NCBI GenBank assembly: GCA_048013815.1
Contig: CM106585.1
Span: 1,736,001 to 1,800,000 of the forward strand
From: Setoptus koraiensis
Taxonomy: Eukaryota > Animalia > Arthropoda
Length of the DNA: 64,000 nt
Direction of reading: 5' to 3'
The notes under the pieces are model-generated. The model did not search any database. It worked only from the letters and a program-made list of their open reading frames with translations, and was not told where the DNA came from. The position numbers were made by a program, and so were the translations under genes. The first letter of the stretch is position 1, and every line of letters starts with the position of its first letter. Positions 25,421 through 37,277 of this stretch are shown here, piece after piece.

Positions 25421-26646
25421 CTGAGAAAAATTGGAGCTCCTCGGCCAAAGGTCTCCGGACTCTAATCGAGGGGATAGTCCAGATGAAGGCTCAAATGGAA
25501 AAACAAACGCCGTCTTTTTCGGGGCAGTCCAACATGTAGACCAAATTCACAGAGGCTGTGGTGCAACAGATGCATCGTGATATGCCAAAATTAATAGAAA
25601 ATTCGAATGACAATCATGCGAGCGTTATCATTCTACGCTCTAATGATCGCTGAGGAAATCATAAATGAATCGGATATACCTGAAGTTGCCGATCAAGAGG
25701 ACGACCATGACGCAACATAATAGAACAAACTCCCTTCATTGACGACGAACCGGTCGCGAAACCGTTGAAAGCTCCGGTGGTAGCGAAGATTGACTCTTCT
25801 AAAAAAACTGCAGCTCCAAAAGCTGCTCCTCCGAAAGCTGCTTCTTCATCGGAATCGAGCGACGATGAACCTGTTAAAAGACCGTACATTCGATGTTCAT
25901 ATCCTTCATCTGATCCTGTGGTCGATGGCATTGATGTTGAAACTACTATTCTAGATGGCAATGGAAGTCTCATCATGTACCATTCTCCCATTATCGCTGA
26001 TGAAGGCAACCACGAGTCCAACATATCTCACCCAATTAGCGATGACAGTGACGATGAGCTGTCGACCGCTCATCTTCAGGTGGAAAAATCCATTCGTGAT
26101 GCCAGTAAGCGCAGCGTCACCACAGACCATACTCCAGTCATCGCCGAGGACAACAACCACGAGTCCAACAGATCTCACTCAATGAGCGATGACAGTGACG
26201 ATGAGCCGTCGACCGCTCATCTTCAGGTGGAAAAATCCATTCGTGATGCCAGTAAGCGCAGCGTCACCACAGACCATACTCCAGTCATCGCTGAAGAGAG
26301 CAGCCACAAATCAGACATATCTGGAGTTTCCGATCAAGCGGACGATCATGAAAGCATCACCCCGGTCATTGCCCATGAAAACACATCTGATCCTGTGAAC
26401 GATGGGATTGATGTTGAGAAGACTGTACGTGATGGCGATGGAAGCTTCATCATGGACCATTCTCCTATCATCGCCGACAAAAGCAACCACAAGTCCGACA
26501 TTTCTGATTCAATGGACTGTCGGCCGCACATCTTCAGGTGGAATATACTATCCGTGGTGGATTCGGACATGATGCTCACGAATATGCGTGAGGAAGGTTC
26601 TACACATCGATCCCAAGGCATCCCCATCGACCGGAAAGATTTGTGA
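25338..26646 (+). pseudogene. Degenerate acidic, low-complexity tandem-repeat ORF (293-codon remnant at 25765-26646 plus disrupted upstream coding-like sequence)
   Basis: Near-exact 147-bp (49-aa) tandem unit starting at 26041 and 26188, plus diverged units. The upstream frame is interrupted by stops and frameshifts, and the last unit leaves the repeat frame near 26515. The ORF starts at TTG, not ATG. Confidence 0.5.
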
Positions 26647-26975
26647 TTGTTAGTTTTAAATGATGAATAATCCTGAATTGCTGCGTTCAAGTAAACTATT
26701 TTTGTGCATAAGCCTAACTTTTGTTTTTCTTGTCAACATCTGATTGTACACATACAAAATGTAGAATATGGGGCGCAATAGCATGTTTATCTTTGGTCTG
26801 CAGCTGCTTTTCTGTGAAATATCTCAGCACACTGGGAAAATTCATCCACATCTTTCAATCAAAGGTTGACACAAACGTTTATCATATTTTTCGAGTTTCA
26901 ATGGTCGCAGTTCGAATGGTTACCATCGAACTTCGACCACTAACCATCGAACTCTACATATAAAGACCAACGATT

Positions 26976-28961
26976 ATGGACAATCAATTAGTTTACCTAT
27001 TATTATTATTATGTATCCAGCAAACAGTGCACACTATATCAGCCAATAGCCATCAATTAACTTTAGATGAGCTAGGAGACTATCTCAAATTAGATATTAG
27101 CAGTGGCAATGGCTTTCCAGCCGTAAACAATGACATGATTTCATCATCGACATCATTGAGTAGCTCGGGAACTCACAACAGCTTTGAATCGCCAGGTTGT
27201 CCCAGTAATAGGAGTGAAGCCTCTGAGATAGGCCGGCAATGTTCCAGAAAATGTCGCCAGGACGTTCCGTGTGACAACGTCAGAAAACATTGTCTATGCG
27301 ACGGCATATGTGGATGGTCCTGCCTGAAACCCGATCTCAATTGCCAAGAATTAATTAAGCCAAACAATGGATTCTTTCATCCAAGCAGCAATGTTCTCAA
27401 CACGAGAGTTCGATATGAATGTGATACAGGTTATTATTTGTTTGGTCCAAGGGAAAGAATTTGTCAAGGCGACGAAGAATGGAGTGGCTTCATGCCAGAA
27501 TGTCTATCGGAGGCTGCTTGTAAAGCAGGTCCAAAGGTGGCTCATGCCAGAAATCCAAACGATGGCTATTATCATGTTGGTGACAGTGTTATTTACAGCT
27601 GTTATTCTGGATATGATTCTCGCGGTTCCAACAGGACAGTTTGTACTTTGTCGTCGGACAATACTTCCACTGCTTGGATTTGGTCTGGCGAAGAATTCCG
27701 ATGTATACCGAAGAGTTGCGGCGACCCGGGCCAGATAGAGAATGGACGGAGACACGGCGATTCGTTTATTGTGGCTAGTACAGTTATATTTTCCTGTAAC
27801 GAGGGTTGGCAAATGTTAGGTCAGGCTAGACGTTATTGTCAATCTGATGGCCGTTGGAGTGGCCAGCAGCCCATATGCGAGCCGGTTGTTTGTGATCCGA
27901 CTGATCACCTTGAGAATGGTCGTATCAGTTACATAAATCCATTGATATTCAATTCATCAGTCGAGTATGCTTGCGACTACGGCTTTCGTTTAGTGGGACC
28001 CAAATACCGACTTTGTGGACCTGATAAGAAACTTATGGGCGAGTCGCCCCATTGTGAAGAAATAGATTGTGGTGATTTGGGCCCATTATACAATGGCTAC
28101 ATAAAAGGATTCAACTCGAAAATAGGCGACAAGAAATATTTTTCATGTCAAGAGGGAACAAAGTTTGTTGGTGAATCTAACGAAACAATCTGCTTAGATA
28201 CAGGCAACTGGTCCCATCCTAAGCCTTTGTGTCTGGCCGGTTGTGTTGTGCCAGAAATTGAGCATGCCAGTCATATTAGTGCTGCGACCTTGGCAACTAG
28301 CTCACCAGCAGATACCATAACCAACAGCAACAGTAGCTACAATAACACCATAGTAGCCTCCAATGTGATTCCGGACAAAATTCATACAGACAAGGCAAAT
28401 GTTGAGCCAGTCAAGCCTGGCATGCTGGTGAATCATGGCCGCTCGTTAGATATACGTTGCGATTCACAATTTGAGCCCGATGAACAGGTAAATCAAGACG
28501 GTGTCATAGGGCCGCCTACTTGCGATAACTCAACTTGGACCTGTCCCCCTCGTTGTGTGCCAGCTAAATGTCGATATATGCCAACGAGACCCAAGAATGG
28601 CATGGTAATGGTGACAAACTTTGATCATGGCTCCAAGGCACGCATCAGATGCCAAGATGGATATAAGCTCGAAGGAAAGAGTTACGTCACTTGCAATCTA
28701 GGAAATTGGACTGTGGTCGAGTCAGTTTGTAGGGAAATTTATTGTGGCTACCCGGGCAAAATAGAACATGGAAGAATTTTAATAATAGGTCACATGGGCA
28801 TGTACGATTATAGGCCCTATATCAAGAAAGTGTCGAATAATCGCCAGCTGGCTTACGAATGCGACACTGGCTACCGTTTAAATGACGGAGCCCCTAATGG
28901 TGCAACATGTTTAGATGGACAATGGAGGCCCGAACAACTGCCTCAATGTATAAAAGAATAA
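26976..28961 (+). CDS. lev-9: Secreted WAP + 8 sushi/CCP protein, LEV-9/Hasp-like (661 aa, intronless)
   Basis: Signal peptide; WAP-like 'CSRKC...C...RKHCLCDGICGWSC'; 8 CCP modules countable by Cys/Trp pattern; the last carries 'GHMGMYDYRPYIKKVSNNRQL.YEC', as recalled for arthropod LEV-9-like proteins. Confidence 0.8.
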   Translation: MDNQLVYLLLLLCIQQTVHTISANSHQLTLDELGDYLKLDISSGNGFPAVNNDMISSSTSLSSSGTHNSFESPGCPSNRSEASEIGRQCSRKCRQDVPCDNVRKHCLCDGICGWSCLKPDLNCQELIKPNNGFFHPSSNVLNTRVRYECDTGYYLFGPRERICQGDEEWSGFMPECLSEAACKAGPKVAHARNPNDGYYHVGDSVIYSCYSGYDSRGSNRTVCTLSSDNTSTAWIWSGEEFRCIPKSCGDPGQIENGRRHGDSFIVASTVIFSCNEGWQMLGQARRYCQSDGRWSGQQPICEPVVCDPTDHLENGRISYINPLIFNSSVEYACDYGFRLVGPKYRLCGPDKKLMGESPHCEEIDCGDLGPLYNGYIKGFNSKIGDKKYFSCQEGTKFVGESNETICLDTGNWSHPKPLCLAGCVVPEIEHASHISAATLATSSPADTITNSNSSYNNTIVASNVIPDKIHTDKANVEPVKPGMLVNHGRSLDIRCDSQFEPDEQVNQDGVIGPPTCDNSTWTCPPRCVPAKCRYMPTRPKNGMVMVTNFDHGSKARIRCQDGYKLEGKSYVTCNLGNWTVVESVCREIYCGYPGKIEHGRILIIGHMGMYDYRPYIKKVSNNRQLAYECDTGYRLNDGAPNGATCLDGQWRPEQLPQCIKE

Positions 28962-28986
28962 TCGCTATTGTTTGCCGCTAGCTATT

Positions 28987-29223
28987 AGGGCATACAAAAT
29001 ACATCTTGTTCATCAAACGACTTGCGAGCGTCTAGTCAAACCCGTTGTTCACTCTGAGGCAATATTGTTGCAAGATGATAATTAACAATTGTCTAAAACA
29101 CGATTCAGCTGCAGCAGCTGAATTTATCCATAGCTCATAGGGCACAAGAAAAACCAAAAATTAAACCCAAACTGGCCAAAAAAGAGAGAATGGTACACCG
29201 TTCCCTGTCAAGGTGAAAGAGCT
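28987..29223. repeat. Dispersed direct repeat, copy B
   Basis: Homologous to 24992-25420 with a ~190-bp internal indel. Contains a 21-bp palindrome attcagctgc-a-gcagctgaat (29103-29123). Confidence 0.8.
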
Positions 29224-29798
29224 GAACACGTTTTGGTACCTCAGATCCAAATCTGGGTGTGACAGCACTGACAGTTACCTTGTTGGCAGAAGGGCCAAAT
29301 GTTGCGCATATGGTGTGTTCCTTTTTGGTTTAAAGTGGTGGAATGTCGGGAGTTTCTAGCAGATCAATATTAATATCCAACCCATACGCTTGTTTCTAGA
29401 TCTGAGGGTATCACCTCTGGAGGTTCCTTTGTAAGAACGGTTGATTAAGAACTCTGCAAAGATTTAGTCCGACCCCGGACATAGGTCGACTCAAGTGTGA
29501 CCTGAACATATCGCTGTATATCTTATTGAAACAAAAATACGATCTTGTCATTTGTATGTCGCCAAAAAGGTTTCATTGTTCCCCCACTGGACTCGCTTCA
29601 ACGGAGAATACTTCGATATTAGTACATGTGCCATATGCAATAATTTCTATTAATAGTTGAAGGAGCTTGAAAAACTATCAAGTCATTTATTGGTTTGAAT
29701 GGCGTTTAAGTTCACAGTTTTCGTGATCGTCAATTGTAAGTCAAAACCCGCTCATTGAATGCGAACATTCAACAATGTAAACCTGTTATCTTCTTGTC

Positions 29799-30728
29799 TC
29801 AGTTTGTAGGTGTGATTAAATTATGGGACATAAATATCATGATGGCAGGCTGGAGGAGGCAAAAACACAATGTTATATAGTCGCGCGATCTTGATTCACA
29901 TGTTGTTGTCGATTTGCTTAAGGCAGCGTGTAAGGTTCTCATGATGTAATAGGTTAAGGCCACGAATGTATAAATGGTAGTTACGTAATAGGCAATCAGG
30001 CTATCCATAGTTAAGTAAACAATGATGGCCATGTTCATTGAGACAAACTTATAACCACAGAAAGCCAAATGATGCGACCAATTGAGCCAACTGACAACAT
30101 CAGCCAAACGATAGGTAATCATCCACAGTGCCACTTCTAAGGTAATTAGTACCACCGACCAAGACAATAACGAGCCCATAGTTTCAGGCGAGAAACGATT
30201 CTTTCTGGAGCTTTCTATATAACAGCCTATGATTATGTAGGTAAATAAAGCCATCACAGGTATATAAAGATCTGGAGCACTTACAACTCTGCTTCTGGTA
30301 TTACTTGCACCGTTGTTATTAGCGTTACTAATAGACTGACGGGCAGCCAAACGTTGTTGGTCACTATTAACGTATCTCTTATAACAATCATCATTATTGT
30401 TCCTGTTGTTAAATAAATCATTTGGCGTAAAGATCCATTTATCATTGGCGAAAGGAAACAGCAATATTAATAATTTTTCTTTAACATAGTGTTCATTTAC
30501 GGCAAATAATGAACGAAAATCTATGGTTTGTTCTCGTTGTGTTTCTATTGCTTTTGCGTAATAGTGACTAAAGTTGTGATGCTTAAGATCTGATAGCATG
30601 GGATTAACACTCGGATAATTGAATAGATTGTTAGAGGGATTATAGCCGGTCTTGTGTTGACGAGCAGAATCAAATCTAGCCATTGCCCGAGAAGAGATAG
30701 GCGTTGACTGGTACAGAGAATAGTCCAT
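29799..30728 (-). CDS. YIF1: YIF1 ER-Golgi transport membrane protein (309 aa, intronless)
   Basis: 'LFAVN..YV..KL..LLFPF', 'APDLYIP.MA..TY', 'FSPE..G', 'CGYKFV'. Confidence 0.92.
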   Translation of the reverse strand: MDYSLYQSTPISSRAMARFDSARQHKTGYNPSNNLFNYPSVNPMLSDLKHHNFSHYYAKAIETQREQTIDFRSLFAVNEHYVKEKLLILLFPFANDKWIFTPNDLFNNRNNNDDCYKRYVNSDQQRLAARQSISNANNNGASNTRSRVVSAPDLYIPVMALFTYIIIGCYIESSRKNRFSPETMGSLLSWSVVLITLEVALWMITYRLADVVSWLNWSHHLAFCGYKFVSMNMAIIVYLTMDSLIAYYVTTIYTFVALTYYIMRTLHAALSKSTTTCESRSRDYITLCFCLLQPAIMIFMSHNLITPTN

Positions 30729-31133
30729 GGCTCGGTGTGGTGTAGTTTCGGATTAATTGTTGATTGTTTTGTTTTTGTTGTATTATTTATCTTTTGTTTT
30801 CACTGTTCTATTCGGGTGTGTAATAGTCTGGTCCAGTTAATCATCAACATGATGTACCATTAAACTTGTTCGTGTGGTTGTTGGTTGAAGTGATAAAATG
30901 GGCAGCGAAGTGTAAATAAGTAACAGGTCGGTAGATTGACATGAATAAACAATGTTTCTCTCATTTTTGAACGCGTGCTTATGTACGTGCCACTCACACA
31001 TGGTGAAAGAATTTCAACGCAAGGCGGCGCCCTCAATCCTTTTTCGTTTTCTGTCATTCTCTTAACTGTACTCCCATTGGTATTTGTACATTAGGATGAA
31101 GCCTCACAAGAGCGCATAATTTTGTCGGGCAAC

Positions 31134-33266
31134 TTATTGATTGAATTGAATGATCAAATAGACGCCTGAGCTAATCCAAACAAACAGCTACAGAAACAGG
31201 ACGGGGTGAGAGTGGGTGAGATATCAATTGTGTGACATAGAATAGATAAGAGTAGATAAATATAGATATAGTTGACTTACTGTCGGAATAGATTCAATTG
31301 TGACCGAGAACAGATGCAATATTTCGAACGTTGTCTCGGACCTGTTTAACATATGCTCCGATATCTCAATCAAGCTCCTGATAGTTCTCTCATCCAGGAC
31401 TTGTTGTTGTGCCAGCACAAGCAATACATTTCTGTAGATTATTTTAAACTAAAGATGTTAACTTATGTTAATAACTTCTGTCAATCAAATCAAATAACGC
31501 TCAAATGTTTATTGGAGCAATTAGTGCATTATTTTAAAGGCCGTAGAAACACTTACATTGTGCGATATCATAGCGGGAAATGAGAGCAAACACAATATCT
31601 CCATTAAGCTGACCATTATTATCATGGTATAGATGACGAAATTGACGGGTTCATGATGATTTGACTGATTGGATAATCCCACTATTATCACCATGATGAT
31701 AACAGAGGCGAAAAATAAACTTATGCCTGTGCGAACTATAAAGTAATTTTTCATATCTTTGAATTCTCTTAGTAACTGATGTAAATTGTTTAGCAATTTA
31801 CCACATTCGTCACTCATCTCTTTGATCGCTCTTGACATAAATGCGTGAATTCTTCTTTGCCTACAGGCTTCATTAATATTTTTCTGACTGGCTAGAGTGC
31901 TCAGATACGATTCGTAACTAAGCGATTCCAATTTCATTATAGATAGTTTACTCTGAAGCATGTAATTGTGTTGTGAATCCAAAAATCTTGGACTCCGTTG
32001 ATATATGCGACATTGGTTAATAAAGTATTTAATTTTTATATTGAGCATTTGCAATCTCGACCTCAATATGAGACAGCATAGAGCCAGATGTGCCGTGTCG
32101 AGCAATTGTAAAATATTTGTAAAAACAGCCAGGCTGATATATAAAACGGATAATATCTCACGGATGCAGTCCTTTATAATATCTAGTGTCGAGCTAGTAT
32201 CTATGGTTATGTCAGTGTGGTGATTAATTAATATATTCAAACTGGCCGCTATACTGATTACAACAATAGGTAATGTGAACACCAAAGATATAAACAACAT
32301 CGATACTAGTTGGTAGGTTGAACCATGGCACAAAAGATGTTTATCCTTCGATAGTAACAATATTTTGTCTAATTCCTTGACAATTTGTATTCTATCTGGA
32401 TAAAAGTTCAGTACTGGATACAATTTAAATAACCTTTCATCTAGTTTATCCTTATTATTCGTTGCGAATTGCAACCACTCCCTTAATAACAATTGAGGGG
32501 CACAACAAATACCCGAATACAAAATAACAGTTTCCACGCAAGTCTCTTTAACTAATGGACCAGAGTAACATGTTGGTCGTGTTGATTTTTTTGATTGTTT
32601 ATTTTCATTAATGATATTGATTCTTTTGTCATTGTTGATGGGCAATAACTTATTGTCTTCGGTTATGTGATTTTCACTTGGCCTCCTCAATAGATAATAG
32701 AGTTTTTGGGAGAAAGCAGTCAGAGTGACTAGGAAAAACACAAGATTTATACTGTTCTTCTGCTTATGTGGCCCCCTAATATTGTCGAACACAAATATAA
32801 GCTTTAAACTTTGCCACACACTAATCTTCCATCTTGCACTAAGATCTTCTAAGAAAAAAACAGGTTTATTCGAACAAGTGTCACAATACTTGTTGATCAC
32901 GCCATTGTAACCTAATTGGCACAATATCAACGAAATGTATATCAATTGAACGATGTATAAAAATAAACGTTTCTTTGAATGGCGACTAATGGCACTTATA
33001 ACACTTTTACATTCAGTTTCGTCATCAAACAAATAATGGTTTCCATAATAGTAGGGTGTCCACGATACGTTGACACGATCCAAAATATAAAATATTATTG
33101 CAAAAAAATTAAATCTGTATCCTTTGTTCTGATGTGCCTTAGTTGTCATCCTGACAAACTCTTTGGACTTATAGCTGCTTTGGTATGTAATCTGATGCAA
33201 CATTTTCTTATCCTTGACTACATCTTTTGGTGAAATGAGAACTATCGTCGAGGTGCCCATAGCCAT
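31134..33266 (-). CDS. Gustatory receptor (7TM chemoreceptor superfamily); exons 33266-31557, 31448-31281, 31187-31134 (~643 aa)
   Basis: Multi-TM ORF. Two phase-0 GT-AG introns near the C-terminus extend it to ...LHLFSVTIESIPT|LFVWISSGVYLIIQFNQ*, matching the GR TM7 'TY.....QF' signature and the conserved GR intron positions. Confidence 0.75.
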
Positions 33267-36225
33267 AATTTAACCAACTATGATATATCCTCCGCTCATT
33301 CCGACGTCCGAATGATAACACGGTCTCGCGCGTCTGAAAAAAAAAACTAATGCCGAAATAGACTGGAGAGTGCAAGTCTGTACCTCATCAGGCAAATATT
33401 TAAATATGCAGCGTGACATAAGTAATTGACTCTTCGAACATCATCCAGATAATTTTTCTACTGTACACTCACGGTCAGATGACTCACTCGCTTAGAACTA
33501 TTCAAATAAATCGCTTGAGATCAATTGGAGATAGTCACGAATATGTTTCGATGAGGTACTCATAGACTCGAACTTGTGAGAATTTCTGAGTAGATGGCCT
33601 TTATGCATCAACGTGGATGAGAGTAATGCTATTCTTCTTTCTACTATACCGTCGTATCAGGACTATATTTCGTCATCTTTGAAGTATGCTTTCGATTGTT
33701 GCAATAATAGAATTAACTCGGCCCATAATGAATGATAGTAGAAGGCACACAAAAAGAGCCCGATATACCTTTTTGAATGGTTCATGACGCCCGGAAAGAC
33801 GTGAAAGAAAATGAACTAATCGTAAGAAAAACTTGTCGAGAGAGAAAAGAAAATCGCCAACATAAGGTGCCTCCATGATCGTACACCAGATCAAGTATCT
33901 AGTGTTGACGGAGAATCAATTATGCTATCAGCCACATTATTATGTCTACATACAACATAACACGGGTGGCCATGTCAAAAATAGAAATTCCGAAACTGAG
34001 CATCACTAGATAGATGGTAACTGTGTGATGTGAATTGTACTATAATTTTGCTTTTGTTAGTAAGACATGTCATCACATTTAATTGGTACATTGAATGCGC
34101 CAATCTCACGAGCGATCAAGTCGTCATTATACGATTTCTCAGATGCTACATCATAATTTATTTAGTCTGTACACGCTGGCGTGTTTCCTTTAAAGCGACT
34201 ATATAGGTTTAATTCATTTTTCATTAGTGGAACTTAAAGTCAGTCGAAAGTGTCCTCCGGTAATGAGCAAATTATATCTTCTCTAGATGGTATTTTATAA
34301 AGCAAACACACACAAATGAGTGTACAATCGAGACTCTCTTTGGCTTAGCATATTATACTAGAGTGTGGTTTGTATGTCCCTCTTGTGGGCTCGACAAACT
34401 CGTTAGTTCATGTAATTCATCAGTTCAATGCAAACATGATATTAATATCATTATTAATATAAAATGAGAATATTCAACTACTGTTCGCGTAGGATTAATT
34501 GACGTTCGTTCATTGGAACTGAGCAAATATTGTCTCAGTCATAACTCTATTTGTATACGGATAACGTTTCTTGCCTGGAATATCATCCCGAAAATGTCAT
34601 GAATCATTGAAAAGAAGTTCAGTACAATTGCTCAACATTAATCACACGCAACAATAGATATTGAAAAGTTCTTTTCATGCCTCCCAAAATACTAACAATT
34701 GTAACCCTGACAATGGCGCAACTGTGTTTGCATTGGTTATTTATGCTATCTTTATGTAATATGAGTGTGTCACTGCTTAAATATGATATCCCGTACAAAA
34801 GAAGGTTTATTTCGACTGCGTCATTTGGACGTATTGAAGCAATTCAAAATTGTCGGTAGACTGATGGGCGACGCTAGGGCGGCGACAAAACTCAGTGGAA
34901 ATAACGAAATTTCTCGTTAGTTTAAGTGCCACTTCTAACACAATCATGCCAGAAAGAACGTCATTTTTCTAGTTGCAATAGTATGCTTTCTTCTTTTCTT
35001 CAAGTTCAAGTATGTGTTCATAATTCACCGCTACTTTCACTGATAAATCGACCACTAGCACTGGTAGCTAATGTTGGTCCATTTATTTATAGTCATTATA
35101 TTTCTTTTGTAAAGCAGAAAACAAGTGCTAGTAAACAAGTACTTGTATTCTAAATCATGTTGACCGATCAAAATTATACCATTTGCTGACTATTTTTCTC
35201 TTTGCCGCAGCGCCCCTTTCTGACGACAGATAAATACAGTTTGATAATGTAACAATAAATGAAGATCCTTTCTTGCATAGTCATGTTGAGTGGTTGACCT
35301 CTGTCAAAGTTATTTGCTCAACATAATAATCAGGCCAGATATTTGACAATTTCACTCTTTCATATGTGAAATATCAAGTGTTAAATTGATCCAATGAGTT
35401 ACGACATAATGAGACATATACAGATAAAATAGTGACATTATGAAGATCTGAATAATACAATATCGGTCACTTCATAAGCGAAATGTTGGCAAGCGAGAAT
35501 ATTATTATCTTTATTTATATTTGTATAACATGACATTGGTGCAGTTCGATACTGAGTTATCTTATCATGATTTGCTGTTCAGACGACCATTGAGAGGTTG
35601 TTTTGAAGACATGTCTTTAACCCCAAGAAGCGCTTCTATCATTAGTAGTATGAATTTCAACTAAGATATTTGCTATATAATTAATATAATTATCATCTGT
35701 CGTTATTTGTCGTTTTTGTCCGATATGAACTAAGGAAGACAGATATTCGGATATTCGTTGTTGCAAACTGGACAATGTGTTGTTGATGCTGTCGGTTTAT
35801 ATGTTGTTTGGGGCTGTCTGATACTATAGCAACATTTGTTCAATTGATGCCACTAGCAAGCATCAATAAAATAATCTCCCAACAACTAAATCTATTGCGA
35901 CATCGTAGACAGAGGATTTTTATCATTGATGATGTTGTTGTTGTGTTGTGTCGATTGTAGTGGTGACACCGGATTGATTGGTGTGTGTCTTGATATGAAT
36001 ATTTATGTGGTGAGGCTTGATTTTTTGAAGATCAGACGTGATGAGGGAGATGAGGCGAGGCCTTCGATATAGTGACAGATATACAACATTTAAATGATAT
36101 AACACTGGATAATACAGTTATCGTGGAGAGTATTTGTGTGACAGAGAGCTCAATATACACACGAGGAGGACACATTATGCTTGAGAGTGGCGATAATTAG
36201 AGTGAGTGAGAGTGTGAGAGTGAGA

Positions 36226-36230
<5 letters not shown>

Positions 36231-36284
<54 letters not shown>
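36231..36284. repeat. (GA)n microsatellite
   Basis: Uninterrupted GA run of about 27 units. Confidence 0.95.
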
Positions 36285-36286
<2 letters not shown>

Positions 36287-37277
36287 ATAGAACGATGCAT
36301 TTCCGTTAGCATCGTGAAGAATAACAAGTGATGACAGTGGCTCAATGATTGCTGAATAGTTTCTATCATTTGTCATTTTTGGATAGAATCTTCTCATATA
36401 TAGATAATTGCATTGATACAAAAGAGATTCATCTTCTATCGATCGGCAAGTGTCGATTAAGTTAATGCTTTCGTTTGTGTGCTGGAGCAACCAACAACAA
36501 TTTAGACGCGTATAGACATTACGTCATGTCTGCGTCTAATTCTAAATAATTGCTGACCCTTATAGTAGTATGAATTAATGCAGTTATAATGTCTATGTTC
36601 TATGTCTGATTCGTCTGTTTGTTAGACTGTTTGTTTGTGTCAAGATATCTGAATATTGGTGGCAAAATGATAATTGAATCGAATTTATTACGCTCGCATG
36701 GTCAACTCCGAATTCACCACACAACAACAACAACAACAACAACAGCAACAAGACAGTAACGTTCGTTAATTGAGTTAATTAAGTCTACGTTATGCAACAT
36801 GCCTTAGTTTTGCCTGAAAGCATTGTTTGCTTGCTTGATTCATTTCCGTTGTTTTGGGGCACCACACACAATGCACGACCACACAACCCCTGAATGCACC
36901 CCCGAAGAGATAAGGCAACTTTCTCCTTCAGTTATTACCATTATTACCTAACCACATGTTAACTAATTCTATTGTGTAGCGGCGTAACAGATTATCTCGC
37001 TGGAAATGAGTAGATTCAATTATGGTTTCTTTCAGGTGAACTTTGTTTGATTTTGTTGTTGTTGCTGCTGCTGCTGCTGTCTTGGCTAAACAGTCTTGGT
37101 GCTTGCATACTTCAGTGTGCATTGGTATGCCAAAGGTATGTCGCGGTGGTGTACATTTTGTTGTTGTTGTTGTTGGTGCTGTTGTTGTCGCTATTGTTAT
37201 TGAGTCATGGGTGGCCAGCTAATGAATTTCGTTCGTTGTTATCAAAGCTGCTTGTAATGCGACCATTATTTTTCTTT

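Noticed and set aside
25900-26560. Tandem repeats as a CRISPR-like array
   Set aside because: The units are contiguous coding-type repeats of 147 bp with no unique spacers, in a eukaryotic context with no cas genes.
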